Counted from the first letter of the stretch, positions 31,922-42,688 are shown. The stretch is 64,000 bases of DNA from an uncultured Acidobacteriota bacterium (GCA_963776915.1 CAVZPE010000019.1:7994-71993); one strand, 5' to 3'. The notes: a model not told the origin generated them from the letters alone. Numbers and translations: made by a program.

Positions 31922-33349
31922 TCAATTGCTGATGAGTACCGTTTCTCGCTTGACCGTCTCGCCGCCCGCGGTCCGGGCCTTGATCACGATCGTCTGCAGG
32001 CCCTCCCCGCCCACCGTGATGATCTTGCGGAAGCTGCCGTCGGCATTCACGTCCGCCGTCTCGCCGTTCACGGTCACAAGTGCTCCGGGGACCGTCCGTC
32101 CCACGAGGACGACCGAAGAGCCCACGACGTTCGGGCGCTGGGTGATCAGGAGGTCGGGCGGGAGCGTGTCGGCCTGGACGGCGACGAGGTCGCTCCCGAC
32201 CGCCTTGAACCGGCGTTCGGCGGTCCATTCGGAATAGACGGTGGGAGAGCCCTTCTTCACGGTCCGCACGTGCCAGAAGTAGAGGCCGGGGTCGTGGACC
32301 TGGATGAGCGTCTCGGGCTGGACGCGCTCGGACGGGAAGCCGGGCAGGACGGAGTCCTTCACGAAGAGCCGGCTCGCCGCGATCTCGACCTGGTAGGCGC
32401 TCGCGTCCTTGATGGGGGACCAGCGGAGCCGGAGGGGCTCGGTCTTGCGGACGTCGACGAGCAGGTTGTCGTCCGGCGCGAGGAGGTTCGGCACGTCCGG
32501 CAGCGACGTCTTGGGGCCGATCGCGCCGCCGCGCTGGGCCACCGCGCGCTCGCGCGCCCCCAGGGTGACGCTCTGGCCGGCGGCGTTGGACAGGACCGTG
32601 CGGCCCCGGTAGGACGACACGGACGTCGCGCCCGCGTCCTGTTCCATGCCGACCGTGGAGTTCGTGTCGATGTTCGCGGTCGCGACGTCCGTCGACACGC
32701 GCGACCGGCTCTTCTCGCCCGTCGAGACGTCCGTCGTGCCGACGACGAGCTTCGGGTTCGAGCCGCCGGCGGCGGCGTGGACCTCGAAGAGAGTCTCGGG
32801 CCGGATGCGGTACATCGTCCCGTCGTTCCAGAGGACCTCGGCGGTCCCGTTCGGGCCCGTCTTGATGAAGTCGCCCTCGTGGAGCGGCATGGCCTGCCGG
32901 AGCGTCTCCCACGTCGTGCGGCTCGCGCGCTGGATCTGCACGGTGCCCGCGACGTCCGCGACACTCGCCTCGCTCTTGATGACCGCGCCCGCCATGATCT
33001 TCAATGCGGTGGACTTCACGTCGAGCGCCGTCCGCGTCGCGCGCTCGTTCTGGCCGGCCGCGAGATCCCGGCGGGCGTCCGCGAGCTTCTCGTCGGCGGC
33101 CGCGATCTCGCGCTGCAGGAGGGGGGCGTCCTGCTGCTTCTTCGCGCGGGAGAGCGCGTCCTCGGCGTCGGCGACCTCGTGCCGCGCGCGGCGCGAGGAG
33201 TCGTCCCGCTTCACGAAGAGGAAGACGCCGCCCGCGACGAGCCCCGCGACGACGAGAAATCCCACGACGATCCTGACGAGCGTCTGCGTCGAGACGTAGT
33301 ACCACTCGAGTTGCGACTCGAGATCCCGGCCCTTCTTGCTGTCCGTCAT
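31922..33349 (-). CDS. Single-TM FecR-domain protein with coiled coil and C-terminal Ig-like domains
   Basis: TM segment, GDFIKTG...AEVLWNDGT FecR motif, VGRTVPGALVTVNG. Confidence 0.75.
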   Translation of the reverse strand: MTDSKKGRDLESQLEWYYVSTQTLVRIVVGFLVVAGLVAGGVFLFVKRDDSSRRARHEVADAEDALSRAKKQQDAPLLQREIAAADEKLADARRDLAAGQNERATRTALDVKSTALKIMAGAVIKSEASVADVAGTVQIQRASRTTWETLRQAMPLHEGDFIKTGPNGTAEVLWNDGTMYRIRPETLFEVHAAAGGSNPKLVVGTTDVSTGEKSRSRVSTDVATANIDTNSTVGMEQDAGATSVSSYRGRTVLSNAAGQSVTLGARERAVAQRGGAIGPKTSLPDVPNLLAPDDNLLVDVRKTEPLRLRWSPIKDASAYQVEIAASRLFVKDSVLPGFPSERVQPETLIQVHDPGLYFWHVRTVKKGSPTVYSEWTAERRFKAVGSDLVAVQADTLPPDLLITQRPNVVGSSVVLVGRTVPGALVTVNGETADVNADGSFRKIITVGGEGLQTIVIKARTAGGETVKRETVLISN

Positions 33350-33392
33350 GGTGTCGTGCTGATCCGGAAACCCTTCTAGGAACGGATGTTAT

Positions 33393-33408
33393 AGCACGCG
33401 ACGTGCCG
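33393..33408 (-). promoter_or_regulatory. sigma54-type -24/-12 site upstream of the FecR-domain gene
   Basis: CGGCACGTCGCGTGCT about 44 nt upstream of ATG 33349. Confidence 0.55.
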
Positions 33409-33528
33409 TGCGCAGCCCCCTCGTGACGGGAACGGTCAACTTTACCGCGGTCAACCGGTGAGGTATCGTCCCCCGTTCTTCGGGTGGCGGCACCCGCACC
33501 GCGGGCCGCGCCCGGTTCCGGAGAAGAA

Positions 33529-35478
33529 ATGCTCAAAGAGCTGCGCGAGAACTTCAAGCACCTCAAGTGGATCCTGTGGGCCGTCATCGCGATCTTCGTG
33601 CTCTTCGTTTTCGTCGACTGGGGCATGGGCTCCTCGCGCGGCGGGGCGGGTGACACGGCGCTCGCGGCCTCGGCGGGCAGCATCCGCATCACGACGGCCG
33701 AGTTCCAGAAGGAATACGCCTTCGCCGAGGACCGCTACCGGCAGGCCTACGGCAAGAACTTCAGCCCCGAGCTCGCCCGGGCGATGAACCTGCCCGAGCA
33801 GGTCCTGAACGGGATGATCGACCGCCAGCTCCTGAGGCGAGAGGCCGACGCGCTCGGCATCCGCGTCACGGACGAGGAGCTCACGCAGCACCTCCTCGGC
33901 ATCAAGGACCCGCAGTCGGGCCGGCCGCTCTTCGTGAAGGACGGCGTCTTCGTCGGGGACGCGACGTACAAGCGCATCCTCGCCGCGAACCGCCTCTCGC
34001 CCGAGACCTTCGAGGCCGAGACGCGCGACTCGCTCGTCCTCGAGAAGCTCAACCGCTTCTACACGCAGTCCATGGTCGTCGGCGACGACGAGGTCAAGGC
34101 CGAGTACGAGAACCGCAACGTGAAGGCCAGGATCGCCTGGGCGCTCGCGCCCCCGTCGGTGGTGGCGCCGCCCGTCGCCGTCACGGACACCGAGGCCGAG
34201 GCGTGGTTCAAGACGAACCCGACGCCTTACATGCAGCCCGAGAAGCGCAAGGCGAAGTACCTCCTCGTCGAGACGGCCAAGATCCGCCCCACGATCCAGG
34301 TCTCGGACGCCGACGTCCAGGCGGACTACGCCGCGAACAGCGAGGCCTACCGCAAGGGCGAGGAAGTCCACGTGCGCCACATCCTCTACAAGGTGGAAGG
34401 CGGGAACGAGGCCGCGCAGAAGGCGAGGGCCGAGGCCGCCGTGAGGAAGCTGAAGGCCGGCGCGGACTTCGCGGCGCTCGCGAAGGCCGAGTCCGACGAT
34501 CCCGGTTCAAAGGGCAATGGCGGAGATCTCGGATCCTTCCCGAGGGGCCGCATGGTCAAGGAATTCGAGCAGGCCGCGTTCGGCGCGAAGGAGAAGGAGA
34601 TCGTCGGACCGATCCGGACGAGCTTCGGGTGGCACGTGCTCCAGGTGCTCGACAAGACGGGCGAGCGCGTGCAGCCCTTCTTCGAGGTCGCGCCCGGGAT
34701 CCGCCAGCGCCTCCAGGAGGACCGCGCCCGCGAGGAGGCCAAGCGCCTCGCCGCCGCTCTGTCCGAGAAGGTCGCGAAGCTCGGGAAGGCCTCGGACGAC
34801 GACCTGCGCAAGCTCGCCTCCGCGGGCGTCACGTTCAACGAGACGGACTTCCTCGCACGGACCGACGCCCCCGCGGGCATCGGCTTCAACCCGCAGTTCA
34901 CGGAGAAGCTCTTCTCCCTCAAGGAGGGCGAAACGTCGCCGACTCCCGTGTCGACCGCGCGCGGCGAGGCGATCGTCAAGTGCGTCGAGATCAAGAAGCC
35001 CGGCCTGCCGACGTTCGCGGAGGTCAAGGCCCGCGTCGTCGCGGACATCCAGAAGAAGAAGCAGGACGAGGCGACGCTCGCGAGCGTCAAGCAGGCCCTC
35101 GAGGCCGCCGGTTCCCTCGAGGCGCTCGCCAAGAAGCTCAACCTCAAGATCGAGACGCCCGACGCGTTCCCGAAGGCCGGGCCGATCCCGGGCCTCGGCG
35201 CGCCGCAGGCCGTTCTCGACGCCGTGTTCGCCGCGAAGCCCGGCGAGACGAAGGGCCCCGTGCCGGTCGAGGGGCGCGGCGTCGTCGTCTTCCGGGTCGA
35301 GAGCGTCACGCCGTTCGACGCGGCGGCCTTCGACCGGGAGAAGGACGCCCTGCGGGAGCAGCTGCGCGGCCAGAAGGCCTCGCGGGTGCTCCAGGCGCTC
35401 ATTCAGCGGAAGAGGGCCGACCTCAAGGTCGAGTTCAACAAGGACCTCCTCTCGCGGATGGGCGGGGCTCGCACCTAG
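33529..35478 (+). CDS. ppiD: PpiD-like periplasmic folding chaperone (SurA-N plus parvulin)
   Basis: N-terminal TM, VRHIL, SDDPGS..GGDLG..RGRMVKEFE and TSFGWH. Confidence 0.88.
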   Translation: MLKELRENFKHLKWILWAVIAIFVLFVFVDWGMGSSRGGAGDTALAASAGSIRITTAEFQKEYAFAEDRYRQAYGKNFSPELARAMNLPEQVLNGMIDRQLLRREADALGIRVTDEELTQHLLGIKDPQSGRPLFVKDGVFVGDATYKRILAANRLSPETFEAETRDSLVLEKLNRFYTQSMVVGDDEVKAEYENRNVKARIAWALAPPSVVAPPVAVTDTEAEAWFKTNPTPYMQPEKRKAKYLLVETAKIRPTIQVSDADVQADYAANSEAYRKGEEVHVRHILYKVEGGNEAAQKARAEAAVRKLKAGADFAALAKAESDDPGSKGNGGDLGSFPRGRMVKEFEQAAFGAKEKEIVGPIRTSFGWHVLQVLDKTGERVQPFFEVAPGIRQRLQEDRAREEAKRLAAALSEKVAKLGKASDDDLRKLASAGVTFNETDFLARTDAPAGIGFNPQFTEKLFSLKEGETSPTPVSTARGEAIVKCVEIKKPGLPTFAEVKARVVADIQKKKQDEATLASVKQALEAAGSLEALAKKLNLKIETPDAFPKAGPIPGLGAPQAVLDAVFAAKPGETKGPVPVEGRGVVVFRVESVTPFDAAAFDREKDALREQLRGQKASRVLQALIQRKRADLKVEFNKDLLSRMGGART

Positions 35479-35502
35479 CTTCGGAGCACGTAACATAGCC
35501 GC

Positions 35503-36096
35503 GTGATCGCGCGGCTCACCGGGACGCTCCTCGAGGTGAGGACGAACGGCGTCGTCCTCGACGTCGCCGGCGTCGGCTACGAGCTCGCGATCCCGCTCGG
35601 GACGTTCTCGGCGCTGCCCCCGGCGGGCGAGAAGGCCTCCCTCCACGTCCACACGCACGTCCGCGAGGACGCGCTCCAGCTCTTCGGCTTCGCGACGCGG
35701 GAGGAGAAGGTCGTCTTCGAGCGGCTCCTCTCCGTCTCCGGGATCGGGCCGAAGGTCGCGCTCACGGTCCTCTCGGGCCTCCCGCTCCCGGAGCTCGTCG
35801 GCGCGATCGTCTCGCAGAACGCGCGGCTCCTCTCGACGATCCCGGGGGTCGGCCGGAAGCTCGCCGAGCGTCTCGGCCTCGAGCTCAAGGAGAAGCTCGC
35901 GAGCGTCGGCCTCGGGGCGGCGCCGGGCGCCCCGGCCGCGAAGGCGTCCGCCGTGGACGACGCGATCGGCGCGCTCGAGAACCTCGGCTACAAGGTCGCG
36001 CAGGCCGAGCAGGCCGTCGAGAGCGCCGTCCGGGCCGTCGGGGCGTCGGACCTCAACAAGATCCTCGCCGCCGCCCTGAAGTCGTTGGCCCGATAA
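35503..36096 (+). CDS. ruvA: Holliday junction protein RuvA
   Basis: MIARLTG, GVGYE, HVRED..LFGF, GIGPK and IPGVGRK. Confidence 0.95.
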   Translation: MIARLTGTLLEVRTNGVVLDVAGVGYELAIPLGTFSALPPAGEKASLHVHTHVREDALQLFGFATREEKVVFERLLSVSGIGPKVALTVLSGLPLPELVGAIVSQNARLLSTIPGVGRKLAERLGLELKEKLASVGLGAAPGAPAAKASAVDDAIGALENLGYKVAQAEQAVESAVRAVGASDLNKILAAALKSLAR

Positions 36097-36105
36097 TCGA
36101 CGCCG

Positions 36106-37125
36106 ATGGACGAACGGATTCTCTCGGGCGTGCTCCAGACGGAGGAGGCGGATCCCGAGATCACGCTCAGGCCGCGCGCGCTCCCGGAGTTCATCGGGCA
36201 GTCGAAGCTCAAGGAGACCCTCGGCGTTTTCCTCCAGGCGGCGCGCCAGCGCCAGGAGCCGCTCGACCACGTCCTCCTCTCGGGCCCGCCGGGGCTCGGG
36301 AAGACGACGCTCGCGCACATCATCGCGCGGGAGATGCAGGCGCAGATCCGCGTGACGTCGGGGCCGGTCCTCGAGAAGGCGGGCGACCTCGCGGCGCTCC
36401 TGACGAACCTCGCGCCGGGCGACGTCCTCTTCATCGACGAGATCCACCGGATGCCGCCCGCGGTGGAGGAAATTCTCTACCCGGCGATGGAGGACGGAAA
36501 GCTCGACCTCGTGATCGGGACGGGGCCGGGCGCGCGCACCGTGGAGCTGAAGCTCCCGCCCTTCACGCTCGTCGGCGCGACGACGCGCGCCGGCCTCCTC
36601 TCGCAGCCGTTCACGGCCCGCTTCGGGATCACGCACCGCCTCGACTACTACGACGCCGGGGCGCTCGCCACGATCGTGACGCGCTCGTCCGAGATCCTCG
36701 GCTGTCCGGTCGACGCCGAGGCCGCCCGGGAGATCGCGAAGAGGAGCCGCGGGACGCCGCGCATCGCGAACCGCCTCCTCAGGCGCGTGCGCGACTACGT
36801 CGAGGTCGCGGGGGAGACGCGCGTCTCGTCGCGGGCGGCCGAGACGGCCCTCGACAAGCTGGAAGTGGACCACCACGGGCTGGACGAGGTCGACCGCCGC
36901 ATCCTCTCGACGATGATCGAGCGCTTCGGCGGCGGGCCGGTCGGCCTCTCCGCCCTCGCGCACTCGCTCGGCGAGGACAAGGGCACGCTCGAGGACCTCT
37001 ACGAGCCCTTCCTCCTGCAGTCGGGATTCCTGCAGCGCACGCCGAAGGGCCGCGTCGCCTCCGCGCTCGCCTACCGGCACCTCGGGCTGAAGCCGGCCTC
37101 GGGTCCGGGAACGCTGTTTGGCTGA
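36106..37125 (+). CDS. ruvB: Holliday junction helicase RuvB
   Basis: [31 protein letters not shown] and YEPFL. Confidence 0.97.
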   Translation: MDERILSGVLQTEEADPEITLRPRALPEFIGQSKLKETLGVFLQAARQRQEPLDHVLLSGPPGLGKTTLAHIIAREMQAQIRVTSGPVLEKAGDLAALLTNLAPGDVLFIDEIHRMPPAVEEILYPAMEDGKLDLVIGTGPGARTVELKLPPFTLVGATTRAGLLSQPFTARFGITHRLDYYDAGALATIVTRSSEILGCPVDAEAAREIAKRSRGTPRIANRLLRRVRDYVEVAGETRVSSRAAETALDKLEVDHHGLDEVDRRILSTMIERFGGGPVGLSALAHSLGEDKGTLEDLYEPFLLQSGFLQRTPKGRVASALAYRHLGLKPASGPGTLFG

Positions 37126-38029
37126 CGCGCGCCCGCGCCGCGGCCTGCTCGTCTACAACCCGAAGGCGGGAGGCGCCGCGCGGCGGATCGACGTGCCCGG
37201 CGTCGTGGCGCGCGCGGCGGCGCGCGGCCTCGTCCTCGACCCGATCCCGACGGAGCGCCCGCGGCACGCGACGGAGCTGGTCGCCGCCCGGATCGGGTCC
37301 GAGATCGACCTCGTCGCCGTCGCGGGCGGCGACGGGACGGTCGGCGAGGCGGCCGAGGCGCTCCTCGGGCGGACGTTGCCGATCGCGATCCTTCCCGCGG
37401 GGACGGCGAACGTCGTCGCCCGCGAGTACGGCGTCGCGGACCCCGATGCGGCCGAAGCGGCGCTGTTCTCGGGCAGGACGCGGGAGCTCACGGTCTTCCA
37501 CGCCGCGGGCCGCGCCTGCCTGATCGGCGCGGGCGTCGGGTTCGACGCGCGCGTGATGACGCACACCGTGCCGCTCCTCAAGAGGCTCTTCGGCCGGACG
37601 GGAATCGGCTGGACCGCCACGCTCGAGTGGCTGAAGTACGAGTTCCCGGCGATCGAGGTCGAGGGCCTCGACGCGGAGGGACGACCCTTCCGGCGCGAGG
37701 CCACGTTCGTCCTGTCGGCGAACACGTCGCGCTACGGCGGCGACCCGATCCTCTCGCCCTACGCGGATCCCGCGGACGACCTTCTGGACCTCGTCCTGTT
37801 CACCTCGCGCTCGCGGAAGACGCTCATGCTCTTCTACCACCACCTCTCGGGCGGGAAGGCCGCGCACCTCCGGGACGAGGGCGTGTCGCGAATGGCGGTG
37901 CGCTCGTTCACGGCCCGCTCGAGGGCCGGCTACGAGCTCGAGGTGCAGGTGGACGGCGACGGCGCGGGCACGACGCCCGTGGACGTCGGCCCCGCCGCCG
38001 GCCGCGTCGCGATCCTCGTGCCGGGCTGA
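37118..38029 (+). CDS. Diacylglycerol/lipid kinase family protein
   Basis: NPKAG, GGDGT, PAGTANV, GVGFDA and QVDGD. Confidence 0.9.
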   Translation: MADARPRRGLLVYNPKAGGAARRIDVPGVVARAAARGLVLDPIPTERPRHATELVAARIGSEIDLVAVAGGDGTVGEAAEALLGRTLPIAILPAGTANVVAREYGVADPDAAEAALFSGRTRELTVFHAAGRACLIGAGVGFDARVMTHTVPLLKRLFGRTGIGWTATLEWLKYEFPAIEVEGLDAEGRPFRREATFVLSANTSRYGGDPILSPYADPADDLLDLVLFTSRSRKTLMLFYHHLSGGKAAHLRDEGVSRMAVRSFTARSRAGYELEVQVDGDGAGTTPVDVGPAAGRVAILVPG

Positions 38030-38121
38030 AAGCCGGTCACGATATCGGCGCGTGTCCAGGCGCCTCGGCGGGCGCCGCGGGGTCGTGGTCCTCGTCGTCT
38101 CCGGGCGGAAGAGCTGAGCGG

Positions 38122-38524
38122 TCAGACCACCTCGATGCGGGCGCGGTGGCCGCGTGCGGCGCCGAGCGCCGCGTCGCGCGTGAGAAGCGGGGAGTCGAGA
38201 GCCTCGGCGAGCGCGACATAGGCGGCGTCGTAGGCGGTCAGGCCGCCCGCGCAGCTGCCAGACGCGACAGGCGAGCGCGTCGTGAGGGTAGCGGGTGAGC
38301 GGAAGGTCGCGCGAGCTCCTCGACGGCAGCTTCGGACGCGCGCGGCGTCAAGGAGCCCGGTTGCGCTCGAGCCGACGGAGGACGTGAAGAACTTCGAGGT
38401 CGAGAACGTGAGGGGCATGCAGCGACGCCTGGGGGCCGTGAAGAGGCGGCGGCAGCAGCCGGGCGTCGCCTCCGGAGTGCCGAGCAGGACGTCGACGACG
38501 AGCGAACGCGTCGACGACGATCAG
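38122..38524 (-). pseudogene. vapC: VapC/PIN toxin with multiple indels (pseudogene or sequencing error)
   Basis: IVVD, HAPHVLDLEV and LTAYDAAYVALAEAL..PLLTRD found in different frames. Confidence 0.7.
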
Positions 38525-38753
38525 AGCGCGGCCCCTCGGAGCCGGCGGATCTCGTCGGCGCTCGCCCTGGAAACCTCACGGACGAGCAGCTCTCGAGGCG
38601 CCGGCGGATCTCGTCGGGCGTCGGGCGGTCGGCGGCCCGGCGGGCTTCCGCGAGAAGGTAATCCGACAGGGACATGCCGGCCAGGGCGGCGCGGGCCTTC
38701 AGCTTCCGGTGGAGGTCGTCGGGGACGTTACGGATCTGGATCATCGTCGACAT
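38521..38753 (-). CDS. RHH (FitA/VapB-like) antitoxin, indel near the C-terminus
   Basis: MIQIRNVPDDLHRKLKARAA..GMSLSDYL; stop overlaps the toxin start. Confidence 0.8.
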
Positions 38754-38759
38754 GCGAGA

Positions 38760-38789
38760 AGACTACTCAGCATGCGCAGGACATGTAAA
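38760..38789 (-). promoter_or_regulatory. sigma70-type leaderless promoter of the TA operon with RCATGY palindromes
   Basis: TTTACA-N18-TAGTCT-N6-ATG; GCATGC at 38770 and ACATGT at 38781. Confidence 0.55.
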
Positions 38790-38805
38790 AGGCACCTAGA
38801 CCGGA

Positions 38806-40405
38806 TCAGCCCTTCCGGTAGTGGCAGCCCCTCGAGACGGGGTTCTTGAAGGCGGCCGTCGCGATCGCGTGGGCCGCGCGCACGCCGTGGAAGAGGTCGA
38901 CGATCTCCTTGCTGATCTTCGTGACCTGGTAGAAGCGCAGGATCCGCTTCTCGAGGTCGCGCAGGTCCGCGACGGCGCGCGCGAGACGCGCCGTGGTCCT
39001 CACGATCCCGACGTAGTTCCACATCGTGTTGCGGATCGTCGCCCAGTCCTGCTGCAGGAGCGCCGGGTCCTCGTTGGCCGCGTCGCCGGGCGACATCCAG
39101 TCCGGGATCGCGCGGAACACCGTCGCGGGCTGATGTCCTTCCTTCCGGAGGCGCGCCGCGATGGAGCTCGCCGCCGCGTCGCCCCAGACGAGCCCCTCGA
39201 GGAGGGACGTGGAGGCGAGCCGGTTCGCGCCGTGGACGCCCGTGCAGCTCGCCTCGCCGACGGCGTACAGCCGGCGGATCGTCGTCCTCCCGTCGAGGTC
39301 CACGAGGACGCCGCCGCAGTGGTAGTGGGCGGCGGGGACGACGGGGATCGGCTCTTTCGCGATGTCGATCCCGAGCTCCGCGCACCGCGCGGCGATCGTC
39401 GGGAAGCGCTCGCGGATCCCGATTCCCTCGTGCGACTTGAAGTGCCGCGCGAGGTCGAGGTAGACGCAGGGCTCGCCGCGCTCGGTCATCTCGGTGACGA
39501 TCGCGCGCGTCACGATGTCGCGCGGGGCGAGGTCCTTGCGCCGGTCGTAGCGCGGCATGAACGCTTCGCCCGCGCGGTTGACGAGGACGGCGCCCTCGCC
39601 GCGGAGCGACTCGGAGATCAGGAAGCCCTCGGCGTCCTCGTGGTAGAGCGTCGTCGGATGGAACTGGACGTACTCGAGGTTCAGCGTCGCGGCGCCCGCG
39701 CGCTCGGCCATCGCGAGGCCGTCCCCGATCGCGTGCCGCGTGTTCGTCGTGTGCAGGAAGAGTCGCCCGACGCCGCCGGTCGCGAGGACGGTGAAGTCCG
39801 CGAGGACCGTGTGGACCCGGTCGTCCCCGTCGAGGACGTACGCCCCGAGGCACGGGTCCTGGAGGGCGTAGCGCTGCGCGACGTCGGTCGAGTGGTGGCG
39901 GGCCGTGATGAGGTCGATCGCGGTCGCCTCCGTCCAGACCGTGACGTTCTTCTCGGTCTTCAGCCGGTCGAGCATGGCCGTCTCGATGGCCTTGCCGGTC
40001 GCGTCCGCCGAGTGGACGATGCGGGCGACCGAGTGGGCGCCCTCGCGCGTGAAGTCGAGGTCGCCGCCCCGGGTCCGCGAGAACGGCACGCCGGCGTCGC
40101 GCAGGAGGACGCTCTTCACGACCTCGGGTCCGCGCCGGGCGAGAAGCTCGACCGCCTCGCGGCGGCAGAGCCCCGCGCCGGCCCGCAGGATGTCCCGCAC
40201 GAGGGAGGCCTGCGAGTCGCCCTTCCCGAAGTAGATGATCCCGCCCTGCGCCCAGGCCGTGTTGCACTCCGCCGCGTTCGCGGCCTTCGTCAGGACGAGG
40301 ACTTTCACGCCGCGCCGCGCGAGCCGGTACGCCGTCGAGAGGCCCGGCGATCCCCGAGCCGAGGACGAGGACGGGGACGTGCAGGCGGGAGGGGAAGGAG
40401 GTCAT
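38806..40405 (-). CDS. nadB: L-aspartate oxidase, indel near 40345
   Basis: GSGIAG, WAQGGI, EGAHS, QFHPT, SESLRGEG, VPAAHY, HGANRLASTSLLE and GCHYR. Confidence 0.93.
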
Positions 40406-40427
40406 GGGGAACCGAGGGGAGAGAGGG

Positions 40428-40550
40428 GAGAAGAGATTTCGGATTTCTTAGAAGGCGCGTGCGGCGCCGTGTCGGGCCGCCTCGTCGATGCCGCGCCGGT
40501 CATGGCGCGCTGTTCCCTCTCTTCACCTTCGAAGAAATCTTTCTCTTCTC
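40428..40550. repeat. About 123-bp element with terminal inverted repeats (copy E2), plus an extra arm copy at 40563-40600
   Basis: GAGAAGAGA..GATTTCTTAGAAGG (40428-40455) is inverted relative to CCTTCGAAGAAATC..TCTCTTCTC (40526-40550); 42-bp tandem period at 40521/40563. Confidence 0.7.
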
Positions 40551-41483
40551 TTTCTTCTTCCCCTTCACCTTCAAGGAAATCTTCTTTTCTTTCCTCGGGG
40601 CGCTCGCGTCGACGTCGAGGGCGATGTCGATCGCGCGGATCGAGTGCGTGATCGCGCCGGCCGAGACGAAGTCGACGCCGGCCTCGGCGGCCGCGCGCGC
40701 CGTCTCGGGCGTCATGCGGCCGGACGCCTCGGTCGTGACGGTCGCGCCCGTCGCCTCGTTGTAGAGGTGCACGTCCTGGACGGCCTCGGCCATCGCGGCC
40801 GCCGTCATGTTGTCCAGCAGGACGCGCTCGGCGCCCGCGTCGAGCGCCTGGTGCACCTCGTCCCGCGTACGGGCCTCGGCCTCGAGGAGCAGCGGCGCGA
40901 GCTTCCGGTTCAGCGCGCGGAAGTCCTTCGCGCGACGCGTCGCCTCCCACACGCTGCCGGCGCCGTCGGCGTGGTTGTCCTTCACGAGAAAGCCCCACGC
41001 GAGGCCGTAGCGGTGGTTCGTGCCGCCGCCGCAGCGCACCGCGTAGCGCTCGAGGCGGCGCAGCCCCGCGGTCGTCTTGCGGGTGTCGAGGAGGACGGCC
41101 GTCGTCCCCTCGAGGGCGTCGACGTACGCCCTCGTCTTCGTCGCGATGCCGCTCAGCCGCTGGAGGAGGTTGAGGGCGGTGCGCTCGGCCGCGAGGACCG
41201 TGATCGCGGGCCCCTCGATCTCCGCGAGGACCGATCCGGGGGAGACGGCCGTCCCGTCCTCGACGAGGACGCGGACCCGCGCGGGCGGCGAGAGGAAGGC
41301 GAAGAGGCGGGGCAGGAACGCCGCACCGGCGACGACCGCACGCTCGCGGCAGACGATCCGCGCCGAGAGGCGCGCGGCGGGCCCGAACACGGCCAGAGAC
41401 GTGACGTCCTCGCCGTCCTCGGCGAAGGCGCGGGACAGGAGGTCGTCGAGGTCGTCCGCGAGGTCCCGGGAGAGCTTCTTCAC
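40500..41483 (-). CDS. nadC: Nicotinate-nucleotide pyrophosphorylase with a Lys-rich C-terminal extension
   Basis: AERTALN, DTRKT, NHRYGL, KDNH, LLDNM, EASG and SAGAITHS. Confidence 0.92.
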   Translation of the reverse strand: MKKLSRDLADDLDDLLSRAFAEDGEDVTSLAVFGPAARLSARIVCRERAVVAGAAFLPRLFAFLSPPARVRVLVEDGTAVSPGSVLAEIEGPAITVLAAERTALNLLQRLSGIATKTRAYVDALEGTTAVLLDTRKTTAGLRRLERYAVRCGGGTNHRYGLAWGFLVKDNHADGAGSVWEATRRAKDFRALNRKLAPLLLEAEARTRDEVHQALDAGAERVLLDNMTAAAMAEAVQDVHLYNEATGATVTTEASGRMTPETARAAAEAGVDFVSAGAITHSIRAIDIALDVDASAPRKEKKISLKVKGKKKEKRKISSKVKRGNSAP

Positions 41484-42589
41484 GTCCGCACAGAATACTT
41501 GAGGAGGAGGATCGACAGGGCGAGGGCCGCGGCCAGGAGGCCGAAGGACACGGCGAAGAAGAGCCGCCAGAACCGGCGGTGGCCCGGCCGCGCCTCCAGG
41601 TAGAGCCGGGCGCCGATGAGATTCGCGAGCGACGCGACCGGCGTGCCGCAGCCCCCCGCGTTGACCCCGTAGAGGAGGCCCGTGAACGCGGCGGCGTGCC
41701 CCGCCGCCGCGGGAGCGAGAAGGATCGCGGCCGGGACGTTCGAGACGCCCTGCGAGAGCAGGGCTCCCGAGAGCGCGAAGCCCACCGGGGACGTTCCGAA
41801 GAGTCGGACGGGGTCGAGGAGCGTGAAGAGCGCGGACCGCCGCAGCCCCTCGACGCCGACGAAGAGGGCGGCAAAGACGCCGACGAGGGAGAAGTCGACG
41901 CGAAACGCGTCCCGGCCGAGGAGCGCGAGGGCCGGGAGGGCCGCCGCGAACGGCACCCACTCGGGCAGCGCCGAGAAGATCGCGAGGAGCTCGAGGCCGA
42001 GGAGGGCGACGGCCGCCGCGGCGCGCACGGGCCGGACGGGAGAGGCGGCGACACCCGGCGGGGGAAGGGCGCGCGGCGGGACGACGAAGGGGATCGCCGC
42101 GCACGTCGCGGCCGCCATCCCGAGCGTCCACGGCGCCTGCGCCGCGAAGAACGCGCCCGACGTGAAGCCTCCGCGCACGAAGAGGAAGAGGTTCTGGGGG
42201 TTTCCGGTGGGCGTCAGGCACCCGATCACGTTCGCGGCGGCGATCTCGAGGACGACGACGCCCGCGACCTCGAACGCCGGCGCGGCCGACTCGAAGGCGA
42301 GCGTGAAGGGGACGACGAGGAGGAGGGCGACGTCGTTCGTGACGAGCGCCGCCGTCGCCCCCGTCAGGAGGACGGCGGCGAAGGCGAGGGACCGCGAGGA
42401 ACGGACCCGCCCGAGGACGGCGCGCACCCCGCGGGCGAAGAGCCCGGACCCCCGGGCCAGGGCGACGGCCACGATCAGGACGAAGAAGAGGGAGAGGACG
42501 CGCCTGTCGAGGAGGAGCGGAACCTCCCCCGGGGCGACCCAGCCGGCCAGGAGGGCGAGAGCCGCGAGGGCGAGTGCGGCGGGCAGCAC
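41480..42589 (-). CDS. SLC13/ArsB-NhaD family permease (YbiR-like)
   Basis: LVTNDVAL, TPTGNPQN, SNVPAA and PVASLANLI; multiple TMs. Confidence 0.85.
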   Translation of the reverse strand: MLPAALALAALALLAGWVAPGEVPLLLDRRVLSLFFVLIVAVALARGSGLFARGVRAVLGRVRSSRSLAFAAVLLTGATAALVTNDVALLLVVPFTLAFESAAPAFEVAGVVVLEIAAANVIGCLTPTGNPQNLFLFVRGGFTSGAFFAAQAPWTLGMAAATCAAIPFVVPPRALPPPGVAASPVRPVRAAAAVALLGLELLAIFSALPEWVPFAAALPALALLGRDAFRVDFSLVGVFAALFVGVEGLRRSALFTLLDPVRLFGTSPVGFALSGALLSQGVSNVPAAILLAPAAAGHAAAFTGLLYGVNAGGCGTPVASLANLIGARLYLEARPGHRRFWRLFFAVSFGLLAAALALSILLLKYSVRT

Positions 42590-42688
42590 CGATGCAAATG
42601 ATAGGGGTCCCCCCGGGCATGCGGGGGGTCATAATCGGGCGTTTTGCGTGCCCCCGGGGCGCGCCACGTCGACCCGAAGGAGAGACCC

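Noticed and set aside
33433-33455. CGGTCAAC direct repeat as a sigma54 activator site
   Set aside because: Only 25-47 bp from the -24 element, closer than typical enhancers, and 8-mer repeats arise by chance.
40521-40600. CRISPR array
   Set aside because: Only two imperfect 42-bp units with no spacers, and no cas genes.
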